From: Bryobacterales bacterium
GTDB lineage: Bacteria; Acidobacteriota; Terriglobia; Bryobacterales; Bryobacteraceae
DNA length: 64,000 bases
Reading direction: 5' to 3'
Assembly: GCA_963843255.1 (NCBI GenBank)
Contig: CAWJJQ010000002.1
Coordinates: forward strand, 78,000 to 141,999
Shown: positions 16,862 to 26,306 of the stretch, piece by piece
Numbering within the stretch: the first letter of the stretch is position 1
Layout of the letters: each line of letters opens with the position of its first letter
The notes under the pieces: model-generated
Told to the model about the DNA's origin: nothing
Databases searched by the model: none
The model's input: only the letters and a program-made list of their open reading frames with translations
Program-made: the position numbers and the translations under genes

Positions 16862-18157
16862 CTATTGGCCGCCGAGATCCGCTATTTGCCGGGCCGCTGC
16901 CGGACTGAGCGAATATGAATCGATTGCTCCACCGCTCAGAGTTTTGGCCGATCCGGGATTGCAGAGCAGGCGCGCGAGTGTGTACATCAGAGGGAAGAGG
17001 CTCTTGAAGTCAATCCGAATTGGCAGCAGTTCTTCCCGGCTGCCGGCGTACAGGCCGCGGCCCAGAACGGCGCGCACCAGTTCCACGAGCAGGTCGATCC
17101 TGCGCCCACGGCGGGACCCTGCCGTTAGGAGCGCCATTAACAGCATATGGGTCCGCACCGCGGTCGCTCCGCATTCCACGTTTGCACTATGCTCACCGGT
17201 TGAAACGCGCAACAACATCCCGGCCAGATTTACGCCGCTGAAAACAGCATTCATAGGCTCCACCAAGCGCGGGTTCACATCGATGAACATGGGGGTCGAG
17301 TCTTCGCGCAGAATATAGTCCAGCGACAGAGCTCCATGCCATTGCAGCGCGCCGCCGAGGCACTCCACGTAGCGACGCACGTCCGGACGGCTGACGCCAA
17401 GTTTGGCGATATCTCCGCCGCCGATACCCGCCGCCGTTTGGCGGTAGCCGTGAATCGCGATCAATCGACCTTTGTCGAAGACAGCTTGGACACGTTCCAG
17501 GGTTCCTGCAACCGCTTCTTGAATTACGAACTCCTGGTAAGAGGCCAGTTCCGAGAGCTTGGCGTCGAGTTCCGCCGCGTTGGCGATCCGCCAGACCGCG
17601 GTCGAGGCCGTGGCATAGTCGGCCTTAAGATACGCGGGAAAGCGGACCCCGCCTGCGAATCTCCCTCGCGCCTGGATCACGCGAGAAACCGGTTGTGGTA
17701 TCGAGAGGCTCGCCAGCGTACGTACCAGGGCGGCCTTTCCCTGGACCTTGAGGAAAGACTGGAAATCAGACACGGCCAGCCCTACGCCCCGTGGGATTCG
17801 AGCTCGTTCGCGCGAGAACAGGAATGCCTGTTCGTGCGACGGGAACAGTACGTCCCAATGGCCCTGGGCCAGAAGGGCGACCACAAAATCCAGGTAGGCC
17901 CAGGGATCCTTGCCCATCGCCGGACACTGGTAGTAGTGAGTTACGAACCGGGAGAAGCGCGCGAGACAAAGTGGGTCAGGATCGCAGATGCCGATCCGAT
18001 GACCCACCATGCCGAGTGCCGTGACGGCCTGCCGCGCGGAAAGGCTGGAGCCTTCCGATACCAGGACTGTCGCCAATCCCCATTTTATACGTGCCCAGCT
18101 TACTATTGGATCGCCTGAAAGGAAGTAATTCCGTAAGTGTTGGTGCCGCCGCCCCAC
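16862..18157 (-). CDS. ATP-grasp domain protein (carboxylate-amine ligase-like)
   Basis: Pre-ATP-grasp 'VLVSEGSSLSARQAVTALGMVGHRIGICD', 'AYLKADYATAS', 'FVIQEAV', 'SLDYILRE...MFIDVNPRLVEP'. The true start may be the internal TTG 18076, since the track start overlaps the upstream gene by 55 nt. Confidence 0.8.
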   Translation of the reverse strand: MGRRHQHLRNYFLSGDPIVSWARIKWGLATVLVSEGSSLSARQAVTALGMVGHRIGICDPDPLCLARFSRFVTHYYQCPAMGKDPWAYLDFVVALLAQGHWDVLFPSHEQAFLFSRERARIPRGVGLAVSDFQSFLKVQGKAALVRTLASLSIPQPVSRVIQARGRFAGGVRFPAYLKADYATASTAVWRIANAAELDAKLSELASYQEFVIQEAVAGTLERVQAVFDKGRLIAIHGYRQTAAGIGGGDIAKLGVSRPDVRRYVECLGGALQWHGALSLDYILREDSTPMFIDVNPRLVEPMNAVFSGVNLAGMLLRVSTGEHSANVECGATAVRTHMLLMALLTAGSRRGRRIDLLVELVRAVLGRGLYAGSREELLPIRIDFKSLFPLMYTLARLLCNPGSAKTLSGGAIDSYSLSPAAARQIADLGGQ

Positions 18158-18744
18158 GTAACGATACCAATGGTGTCAATATCGCTGGCATCGAGCGGCG
18201 CTGGTAGAAAGCTCGCAAACGGAAAATCCACGGAGAGAACGTTCACATCGGACGACAGAGATGTGCTCGCGGCAAACACGCCGCCGCTGTGCGTCCAGAC
18301 GGTTATATCCACAGCCAGGACTTCCTCGGTGCAAATGCCTGCAAAGGTCAACTGGAAAGCCGAATACGCGCTGAGGTTCAGGCCGAGCGGCGCCGGGGTG
18401 GTGGCGTCGGCGAAGCCATAGTAGATCTGTACGCCGGGGACGACGCCAAAGCCACCTTCCACGATCCAGATGCCTTTGCCAATCTCAAGCGTACTCCGCT
18501 GCCCGTACGGATTTGCGCCGATCACAAAGACTGTTTCGCGCGCCGGGCCGAGCGGGCTGCCTGGCGCCAGCGGCGCGAAATGGATGTCCTGAGCTTGGGG
18601 TGTCGTCAGAGACACCACATAGTGCCCGGCTTTAAAATTATCGAGAACAAGCGGCGTAGCTGCATGGATGGCCGGCGCCGCGAGCACGAAGACGGCCAGG
18701 AGCGCGCAAGGGGTAATGGGTATCATTCGTTTGTTGAGTAACAT
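18103..18744 (-). CDS. secreted hypothetical protein (beta-rich)
   Basis: Signal peptide 'MIPITPCALLAVFVLAAPAIHAA'. 213 aa. No family recognised. Confidence 0.7.
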   Translation of the reverse strand: MLLNKRMIPITPCALLAVFVLAAPAIHAATPLVLDNFKAGHYVVSLTTPQAQDIHFAPLAPGSPLGPARETVFVIGANPYGQRSTLEIGKGIWIVEGGFGVVPGVQIYYGFADATTPAPLGLNLSAYSAFQLTFAGICTEEVLAVDITVWTHSGGVFAASTSLSSDVNVLSVDFPFASFLPAPLDASDIDTIGIVTWGGGTNTYGITSFQAIQ

Positions 18745-18765
18745 CGTCTTTCCTTTCTGACAGCG

Positions 18766-20925
18766 CTATTCGAAGATTTGCCCCGAATAATTGACCACCC
18801 AGGGAACACCAATGTCGGGCGACAGCGATATCTGCGATCCTATCCCTGGTATTTGCACCCAAGTTACGCCGTTCTGCAACTGGTAGAGGTAATAGCCCTG
18901 GTTGGAAACCTGACCGCAGCCGGCCACCCACACATCGCCATTCGGCCCCGCAAGTGGAGCCGTTGAGGGACCGACAGCGATACTAACCGCGCAGCCCGCC
19001 GGCGCCGATGAAAAGCCCGACCCATTCCAGTAGAATATGCCTCCGTTTGAGGTCAGTACCCACGGCACGCCTTGGGGCGACACCGCGATCTGATTCGCCG
19101 CGCCCGGCTGCTTCACCCACACCGAACCCTGCAGTTGATAGATGCCGCCGTTAATGTTGTCGGTGCCATCGCATCCGATGACCCAAGGGTCGCCATACAG
19201 CGACCCATAAGCGTTCGGACCTACCCCTATGGAGATCGCGCAGCCATTGCCCGGGGCCAGTTCGAACGTGCTGCCGTTCCAGTAGTAGATGGTCCCGAGA
19301 TGTGTGATCACCCATGGATAGCCTTGAGGCGAGACGGCGATCTGAAGACCGGCGCCATTCGTTCTCACCCAACTCCCGTTCCGCCATTGAAAGACATAAT
19401 AGTCGCCGGCGCTGGTCTTAGCGGTTCCCAAGACCCAGGGATCTCCAATCGTCGAGCCGTTTGCATTCGGACCCACGGCAATGGACTGGGGGTAGCAGTC
19501 GTTGCCGGGCGAGGGGCAAGGGACCAGAGAACTGAGTGCCGCACCCGCTACGCGCAGAAATTGAGAAACGGCAAAATAGGTCTGGTCCGTCTTCCCGAGA
19601 CCGACTTCCATGTGGGAGGTAGTGGTCGTAAAATCCGCGAGCACATACACGGAGGGATCGGTACTGATGGTTTGTGAATAACTGTTGGTCGTCGACGAAT
19701 AGGCCGAACCAAACATATCCACCGTGGAAGTCAGATCAGTGAATGCGGTTGCCGGTGAACAGCATTGCGGTGTTTGGTTTTCAATCACGAATTCCGCTGC
19801 CAATCCCACAGTCATGCAGTTAGGCGTCCCAGGACTGACGGAGCAGAGGGGCAGCGCCTTGACCGACCAGCACGGCGAGCCGGTTGCCGACGTACAACTG
19901 AGGACCGCGCCCGTGGTTTTGTCCACCAGGTACGTGCAACCATAACCTCCTACTAAGTTCGACTTACCCGTGGCATCGCAGTACCATTCCTGCGAATAGA
20001 TCTCGTCGTTAGGGTTAGGCGTGAAGGCGCCCCCATATCCGTTGCTATCCGGGTCGCCGCAGCAATACTCGCGCCAGCTCCCATAGCCCGCACTGACTGA
20101 GTTAGTCGCCACATTTACACCGCCCTGGATGAGACCCGACCCAGTGTTATATCCGCCCAAGCCGTTCCATATAGCTATTTCCGTGCCGGTAGTTTCGTCT
20201 CCGCCGGGAGCTGCCACAGGCACGTTGAAGTTCGCCTCGGTGGAAATGTAGTTCGGCGCGCCGACCAGGACTGAGCCGGTCCAGGGGGCCGCTTTCGTGG
20301 TGGTAACGGTGTGCGAATGCGCGCTGGGCCGTTTGATCTCCAGCATCCGGCCCGGCACCAGCGCCGCGGCAAGCCAGCGCGCATAGGCGGCGGCGGTCTT
20401 CTTGGGATCCGGCCGCAGCCCGTATCCGGCGTCCATCAGTTCAGACTCGGTATAGCCCAGCGGATCGCCTTTGAGCGCCGGCCGGTCCGAGCCGCGCTCG
20501 TTAGCCAGATTGACCGGGCGGGGCGCGAAAGTATCGTCGGACGATAAATCGACGGAATATGAAGAGAAGTTTCCATCGGCGTCCGTGCAGTCCAGAGTGA
20601 GGCGCTTGACCGTATCGCCAGCGGCCGCGCGCACGGCGTGGAACCGGGCATACCCGTCGTCGTCCGTAAATACCGCAAAGCCGGTGGAGGCGGCGCTGCC
20701 TGTTGGGTAGAGTTTGCATTCCAATTGGGGCAATGCGCGCACGGAGGCAGGTGTATAGCTCCGTTTAGGCGCAGCAGGCACCGCATGGACGGGCAGGGGC
20801 GCGGGCGATAGCTGATCCTGTCCCGCAGCCGCCGCCGCGATCAGGAGCGCGATGCTTGCTCCGGCAACCCAGCGACGTGACCAGAACAGCCGCTTCCCCT
20901 CGCATAATGATTGATTCGTCGTCAT
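18766..20925 (-). CDS. secreted protein: glutamic peptidase (G1/eqolisin)-like domain fused to tectonin-type beta-propeller repeats
   Basis: Signal/TM 'WVAGASIALLIAAAAAG'. G1-like motifs: 'PWTGSVL', 'IAIWNGLGG', 'GLIQGG', 'YGSWREY', 'AAEFVIEN'. C-terminal 3 x ~83-aa repeats: 'IAVGPN..G...GDPWV.G......Y.......W....G...QIAVSPQG.PWV....G.I.YWNGS'. Confidence 0.8.
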   Translation of the reverse strand: MTTNQSLCEGKRLFWSRRWVAGASIALLIAAAAAGQDQLSPAPLPVHAVPAAPKRSYTPASVRALPQLECKLYPTGSAASTGFAVFTDDDGYARFHAVRAAAGDTVKRLTLDCTDADGNFSSYSVDLSSDDTFAPRPVNLANERGSDRPALKGDPLGYTESELMDAGYGLRPDPKKTAAAYARWLAAALVPGRMLEIKRPSAHSHTVTTTKAAPWTGSVLVGAPNYISTEANFNVPVAAPGGDETTGTEIAIWNGLGGYNTGSGLIQGGVNVATNSVSAGYGSWREYCCGDPDSNGYGGAFTPNPNDEIYSQEWYCDATGKSNLVGGYGCTYLVDKTTGAVLSCTSATGSPCWSVKALPLCSVSPGTPNCMTVGLAAEFVIENQTPQCCSPATAFTDLTSTVDMFGSAYSSTTNSYSQTISTDPSVYVLADFTTTTSHMEVGLGKTDQTYFAVSQFLRVAGAALSSLVPCPSPGNDCYPQSIAVGPNANGSTIGDPWVLGTAKTSAGDYYVFQWRNGSWVRTNGAGLQIAVSPQGYPWVITHLGTIYYWNGSTFELAPGNGCAISIGVGPNAYGSLYGDPWVIGCDGTDNINGGIYQLQGSVWVKQPGAANQIAVSPQGVPWVLTSNGGIFYWNGSGFSSAPAGCAVSIAVGPSTAPLAGPNGDVWVAGCGQVSNQGYYLYQLQNGVTWVQIPGIGSQISLSPDIGVPWVVNYSGQIFE

Positions 20926-20937
20926 ATATCCCTCGCT

Positions 20938-20966
20938 AAAAGGCGCAAATGGTAGCAGCGCCTTTT
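20938..20966 (-). terminator. terminator-like hairpin between the response regulator gene and the G1/tectonin gene
   Basis: AAAAGGCGC-N11-GCGCCTTTT. On the minus strand the T-run ends 12 nt before ATG 20925, leaving only the GAGGGA SD in between. Confidence 0.4.
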
Positions 20967-21039
20967 CCCCACCCAGTCAATTAAACGACGATCGCGGTGG
21001 CCTGTCGCCACACAGGTATGTAGGTTTGTAGCTTCCGCT

Positions 21040-21690
21040 TTAGCGGACGATGCGCTGGCGAAGCCCTTTAGCGACAGCTTCGGATTTGGAATGAACCTGC
21101 AGTTTCTCGTAGACGCTCTTCATGTGGAAGCGGATAGTGTTCACACTGAGATTCAGTTCGGCGGCCGCTGTTTTGTAGTTGTGTCCCTCCACCAGCAGCT
21201 TCAACAGGCGGGTTTCGTGCGGCGTCAACTGGTAACCGGCGTCTTCCGGCGGACGGATTTCACGGAACAAAGACACCACGCGGCGCGCCACTTCGGGCGA
21301 CATGGGGGCACCGCCGCCGGCCGCTTCCTGCAAACACTCCAACAGGCGCGCGGGCGGTGTCTTCTTGAGCAGATATCCGCAAGCGCCGGCGCACAGGGCG
21401 TCGAAAATGCGTTTATCGTCGTCATAAACGGTCAGCATGAGCACGGTCAAGTTGGGATAACTTTTTTTCAGCGCGCGGATGCCGTCGATCCCGGACATCC
21501 CAGGCAAACCGATATCCACCAGTGCCACATCGGGTAGATCGTCGCCGATCCTGGCTAGGGCATCCTCCATGCATTCGAAGCCGGCGGTACAACGGAAGCC
21601 CTCCGTGCCGCCGATCAGGATACGGAGCGATTCCCGTATCCGGAGCTGATCTTCTACGATGGCTACTTTGAGCGCGGCTTGGCTGGACAT
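21040..21690 (-). CDS. response regulator, NarL/LuxR family
   Basis: REC 'KVAIVEDQLRIRESL...DVALVDIGLPGMSGIDG'. HTH 'LTPHETRLLKLLVEGHNYKTAAAELNLSVNTIRFHMKSVYEKLQV'. ATG 21690 lies downstream of the kinase stop. Confidence 0.92.
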   Translation of the reverse strand: MSSQAALKVAIVEDQLRIRESLRILIGGTEGFRCTAGFECMEDALARIGDDLPDVALVDIGLPGMSGIDGIRALKKSYPNLTVLMLTVYDDDKRIFDALCAGACGYLLKKTPPARLLECLQEAAGGGAPMSPEVARRVVSLFREIRPPEDAGYQLTPHETRLLKLLVEGHNYKTAAAELNLSVNTIRFHMKSVYEKLQVHSKSEAVAKGLRQRIVR

Positions 21691-21728
21691 GTTGAGGCTG
21701 GACACGCTGGGCAAGACCGGCTCGGGTT

Positions 21729-24700
21729 TCAATGGCTGGCTTTCATAATACGCCGGATGAAGCGGGAGTCCGCCACCCATTTATGTAGAGATCGCTTCCA
21801 AAGGGGCGGGGGCCGGCGGGCTAAGGGCGCTCGCAGGCGCACCGTAGTGCCGCGTCCGGGACCGGAATCCACTACCAGACCGGCGCCCAACTGCTCGCAT
21901 CTCCGTCGCATGCTGGACAACCCGTGTCCGCGGCTGGAATGCCCCACATCAAAGCCGCGGCCATTGTCCGCGATAGCGAGCTCCAGCCAGCCGTCCGCCA
22001 GGCGCAATTTCAGATCCACCTCGGTGCAGCCGGAATGGCGAGCCGCATTGTGAAGGCTCTCTTTGAAGATGAGGAAGACCTGGCGGCGAAGGTCGGTGCC
22101 AATCTGTGGATTCTGGTCTTCTCCGGGCAAGTCGAGCCGCACGCGAGAGCCGTTGTGGCTGAACAGGTCGCTGGCGAATCGCCGCATGCGATGGGTCAGA
22201 TCGCCGAGCCGGTCCTGCTCCGGGTCGATGGCCCACACGATGTCGCTCATCGAATCGATCAGCTCGCGCGAAAGGTTGGCGATGTCGGCGAGCGGTGCTT
22301 CGCGCTCCTCCACGTCGGGGCGCCGCCGGGCCACTTCGCTCAACAGTGCGATCTGAGACAAGCTACTGCCAATATCGTCATGCAGGTCGGTGGCGATCCG
22401 CGTCCGCAGCCTCTCCACCTCAAGTAGCCGCGCCATCCGGTAGCGGTAGAGGCTGTACAGCACGGCGCATGCCGCAAGCAACAGCAGCAGCTGCACCCAC
22501 CAGCGCTGCCACAGGGGCGCCAGAATGGTGAAGGCAACCGTCGCCGGCTGGCTGGGAATGCCGTCGGCCGTTACGGCGCGCACCTGCCAGCGATAGCTGC
22601 CGGGACCGAGGTTGGCGTAGTTCACCGTGCGCTGGTCGGTATCTGGACTCCAGTTCTGACCCGCGCCCTCGAGCCGGTACTGATAACGTAGTGCGCCGCC
22701 GGCGCCAAAGGCGAGATCCACGAAGTCCAGCCCCAATTGGTTCCTGTCCGCAGAGAGCTCAATGCCGCTGAGCGAGACTTCGCCAAGAGAGGAAATGGGA
22801 AACGGCGCGCCGCGAACGCGCAGCCCGCTGATGAGGACCGGCGGAGGCGACTGAGGTCTCTCGGGTTCCGGTTCCAGGCGCGAGAGTCCCTCCCGCGTGC
22901 CAAACCAGAGCACGCCGTGGCGATCGCAAAAGGCCGCCAATACTTCGCCGCGCGAGAGCCCGTCCGCACTGGTGTAATGGCGGATGCGCGGTGGCGCGCC
23001 CGGATAAACGCAGTCCACACCGTGTCCGGTCCCCAGGTAGATCCGGCCCAACGGGTCCTCGGTAATCGATGCGACCCCATTGCTGGAAAGCCCGTCCGCC
23101 ACGGTGAAAGCTTCCATGCGCGGTTGCGCCGCCGCGGGCTCGTCAATTTTATTTACCCCTTGGTCCGTGGCGGCCCACAGACGGCCCTGGTGATCGACAA
23201 AGAGCGCCGAAACCCATATGCCGCAGCTCAGGTTTATGGTTTGGAACCGGCCCTCCCGATACCGGAGGAGCGCACTCGAATTGAGGCCGATCCAGACGTT
23301 GCCCGCACGATCCTGCGCAAACGCTGTGGCCAAGACCTGGCCGCTTATGGGATCGCCGGGAGGGTAGCGTTCGAGCACGCCCGTGGCAGGATCCCAACGC
23401 GCCAGGCCATTGGCACGCACGGCTCCATTCGACGCCGGGATTTGCGTTGAAATCCAGATAGCGCCGCTGCCGTCCTCAAAAATGGCGTATACACTCTCCC
23501 CCGCCGCGTAGATGGCTTCCGGTTGTGCTCGGGCGAGTCCGGCGGCCGTCGACAGCGGCGCAAAACGGAAAACTCCGCTGCCAGTGGAGACCCACCACTC
23601 TCCGCTCCGAGCCTGAAAGGTGAGACGGCCCCTGCTCCAACCCCAGTCGCCAATCGAACGCGGGACATTGGGACGCATGGGGTGAAATTTGCTTCCGTCG
23701 TTGCAATTGACAGGCCTGGCATTGACTCCTCGGCTCATGGTTGTGACGCAAAGCTGGCCCTCGACTGTTTCCAGGATCGATCGGATGTTATCGCTGTCCA
23801 AACCATCCTGCTGGGTGTAGATGCGAAAGCCGCCTTTGGCCAGCCGGATCGCGCCTTGGGCGCCCATCCACAGGTTTCCCGCGCGGTCTTCGCCGATTGT
23901 CGATATGGCCCCGGAACCGGGCAACCCGTTTCTGGCGGTAAACCTCTCAAAACTCTCCCGGCCGTTGCGGACGCGATAAACCGCGGCCCCAGTTTGGGTG
24001 GCGATCCAGAGAGCCCCATCAGAGGATTCGAACAACGATTCAATCGTCTCTCCCGCCAACTCCCGGCTTGCGCTGCAAGCTTGTTCCAACGGCCTCCCGC
24101 TCAAAGCGCGATCCGCCGAAATCCGGCAAAGTCCGCGCCGGGTTCCGGCCCAAATCCGCCCCTGGTGGTCCTGCAGCAGAGTGGTGACCACCGGTTGAGA
24201 CAAACCGCCTTGGGTGTGTTCCGAACGCCCGTCGGGAAAGCGGCGATAGAGACCGATTCTGGTCCCGGCCCAGAGCGCTCCGCTGCGGTCTACCAGCAGC
24301 GAAGTCACAAACGTGTCTTCCCAGACCCGGCTGGGCATCCCGATATCGACGGGACGGAGTTGCCAATCGCCGGATGCCCGATCAACGTGGTACAGCCCCC
24401 CTTGGGTGCCGGCCCAGATTCCTCCGGCGGGGTCCGCAGCGAGGGCGAAGACCAGGCGCGCTTTCACATCGCGGGAAAGATAGATTTTGAACCGCGGCTT
24501 TGGGGAAGCCGGATCAAAGCGTGCCAAGCCCTTGCTGGTGGCGATCCAATAATCGCCTGCGGCCGTCTCCAGCAGATCGTGCACAGCGGCGGGCACGCCC
24601 TCGGCAATACCGAAGTTTCGGAACTGGTATCCATCAAACCGGGAGAGCCCTTCACGCGTACAAAACCAGAGGAAGCCGTGGGAGTCGGTGACGATGTCGT

Positions 24701-24827
24701 CGATCGTATTCCCCACCAGGCCGTCGGCGGTGGTGTAAATCCTGACCGGCAACTGCTCAGCCTGAAGGCACGCGAAACAAAGCAACAGACAAGCTGTGCA
24801 ACTCGCGGATAGCTTCTCGCGGGACAC
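21729..24827 (-). CDS. sensor histidine kinase with periplasmic two-component-regulator propeller repeats, Y_Y_Y-like region, HisKA_3 and HATPase domains
   Basis: Signal peptide. Many 'G.LW.GT..GL.R.D' propeller blades. TM 'WWVQLLLLLAACAVLYSLY'. 'ATDLHDDIGSSLSQI' H-box. 'IADNGRGFD...GHGLSSM' ATPase. Confidence 0.9.
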   Translation of the reverse strand: MSREKLSASCTACLLLCFACLQAEQLPVRIYTTADGLVGNTIDDIVTDSHGFLWFCTREGLSRFDGYQFRNFGIAEGVPAAVHDLLETAAGDYWIATSKGLARFDPASPKPRFKIYLSRDVKARLVFALAADPAGGIWAGTQGGLYHVDRASGDWQLRPVDIGMPSRVWEDTFVTSLLVDRSGALWAGTRIGLYRRFPDGRSEHTQGGLSQPVVTTLLQDHQGRIWAGTRRGLCRISADRALSGRPLEQACSASRELAGETIESLFESSDGALWIATQTGAAVYRVRNGRESFERFTARNGLPGSGAISTIGEDRAGNLWMGAQGAIRLAKGGFRIYTQQDGLDSDNIRSILETVEGQLCVTTMSRGVNARPVNCNDGSKFHPMRPNVPRSIGDWGWSRGRLTFQARSGEWWVSTGSGVFRFAPLSTAAGLARAQPEAIYAAGESVYAIFEDGSGAIWISTQIPASNGAVRANGLARWDPATGVLERYPPGDPISGQVLATAFAQDRAGNVWIGLNSSALLRYREGRFQTINLSCGIWVSALFVDHQGRLWAATDQGVNKIDEPAAAQPRMEAFTVADGLSSNGVASITEDPLGRIYLGTGHGVDCVYPGAPPRIRHYTSADGLSRGEVLAAFCDRHGVLWFGTREGLSRLEPEPERPQSPPPVLISGLRVRGAPFPISSLGEVSLSGIELSADRNQLGLDFVDLAFGAGGALRYQYRLEGAGQNWSPDTDQRTVNYANLGPGSYRWQVRAVTADGIPSQPATVAFTILAPLWQRWWVQLLLLLAACAVLYSLYRYRMARLLEVERLRTRIATDLHDDIGSSLSQIALLSEVARRRPDVEEREAPLADIANLSRELIDSMSDIVWAIDPEQDRLGDLTHRMRRFASDLFSHNGSRVRLDLPGEDQNPQIGTDLRRQVFLIFKESLHNAARHSGCTEVDLKLRLADGWLELAIADNGRGFDVGHSSRGHGLSSMRRRCEQLGAGLVVDSGPGRGTTVRLRAPLARRPPPLWKRSLHKWVADSRFIRRIMKASH

Positions 24828-24877
24828 GATCGTGGGTACAGTTATACCACGGCCGCGCTGCTGTTACGCTCTACGCT

Positions 24878-25304
24878 TCACTGTTTCCGAGCGGCCTGAA
24901 AGAGTTCTACCGGGTTTCCTGACGGATCGTCCAGCAAGATCTCCGACCCGCCCGGCCCGGAGACGATATCATTGCGAAAATGCAATTGAGCTTTCCTGAG
25001 TTTGGCGACTTCCGCCGGAAGGTCATCCACGTCGATGATGATGCGGTTCCATCCGCCCGGCTCGGCCTTGCGCCCGTCAGACATCGGTTTCGCGGCTCCC
25101 CCGGGTCCGAACGGCGTGCTGAGCACTAAGTTCAGGTTTCCGCGGGAGAGCATCGCGAAGTTGGGTGTAGCGCCTGGTTTTGACACTGAACCCCAGATAA
25201 CTGGTGTAGAACGAAACGGCCGAGTCGATGTGATTCACCATGTAGCGCACGCGCACGGACTGGGCGCTACTTATTGAAGACATCGCGAGAGAAAAGATGG
25301 TCAA
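24878..25304 (-). pseudogene. VOC/glyoxalase family protein, frame broken at an A4/T4 run (25178-25181)
   Basis: ORF 25077..25304 gives the N-terminus 'VRYMVNHIDSAVSFYTSYLGFSVK'. ORF 24878..25186 continues 'PGATPNFAMLSRGNLNLVLS...GGWNRIIIDVDDL...ILLDDPSGNPVELFQ'. Removing one A from 'gtcaaaacc' joins them. Confidence 0.8.
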
Positions 25305-25393
25305 CGCCGCAAAGTTCTGAGCAGCATGTTACGCCTCCACTTCTTTCATCATTGTCGAAATGTTCGAGGCCTGCTGTATTGGAAAAAATTGAC

Positions 25394-26274
25394 CTACGCA
25401 GTTACGGGGAGGTGGTTGTCCTTCAAATTGTGGGCCGGCCGCAACCGGCGAAGGTACTCGGCCGGGCTCAGGCCTGAGAACTCGTGAAAATCGTCGATCA
25501 GGTGCGACTGATCGTAATATCCGCAGGCGGCCGCCAACCCGGCCCAATTGACCATCGAGGCAGGGCCCCGTTTTTGGATCTCCTCTGCCGCCGCGCGTGT
25601 GCACTGAAACCGTAGGATGCGGCACAGTAGCTTGGGCCGGAGGCCCACCTGATTGGTGAACAACTGGATCAAGCGCCGCTGGCACAAGCCAACTTCACGG
25701 GCCACATCCCGAGTGGAGGCGCCCGTGCCGGCGGGTCCAAACAATTGCAAGGCGGCCGCTGTCGCTGGATGACGCGACGCGGGGCGGCGCCGGCGTTCGA
25801 TAAGGGATTCTTCCATTAGCTGAAAACGCCGGCGGGGTGTGGCGGCCGCGCACAGACGATCCCAAAGCCGCATAGCCGGCCGCCCCCACAAGTCCTGCAG
25901 GTCCGCATGCTTATCGGTTATTTCGATGGCCGGTACGTCCAGCAGCGGAAACGCGCCGCCGGGCCGGAAGTGCACTCCCAGCATCGACTGGTGTTGCATC
26001 GCATCGCACACGAAAATATGCGAATACGTTCCGGAAAGACGGCGCCGGAGTGCCGGTTTACGCGCCCGGGATGGCCGGGATCATAAACCCGCACTTCATC
26101 GTCATGCAGGTTGATGACGAGCTCAGCCGTTCCGCTGGGAAGAATCCGCTCCTTGCGAGGAGACTGGCCGTCCTCTATCAGCCAGAAGAAGTCGACCAAT
26201 TCTTCGAGCGGCAGTGCCGGATGATAGAAATAGCACCTCATGTTCGGCCTGACTCCGTGCATGAAGAGGGCCAC
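25394..26274 (-). pseudogene. AraC family transcriptional regulator, frame broken near 26031-26045
   Basis: ORF 25918..26274 (N-terminal sensor part '...LPSGTAELVINL...RHSGAV') and ORF 25394..26011 ('...MLGVHFRPGGAFPLL' then HTH 'DVAREVGLCQRRLIQLF...YYDQSHLIDDFHEFSGLSP') are collinear if one base is added after 'GAV'. Confidence 0.8.
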
Positions 26275-26306
26275 GCCGTCGTGAATGGCCGGGCCAGCGT
26301 GACATT

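Noticed and set aside
23523-24812. 429-aa plus-strand ORF opposite the histidine kinase
   Set aside because: It is antisense to a 1032-aa kinase with clear propeller, HisKA_3 and HATPase motifs, and its sequence is low-complexity.
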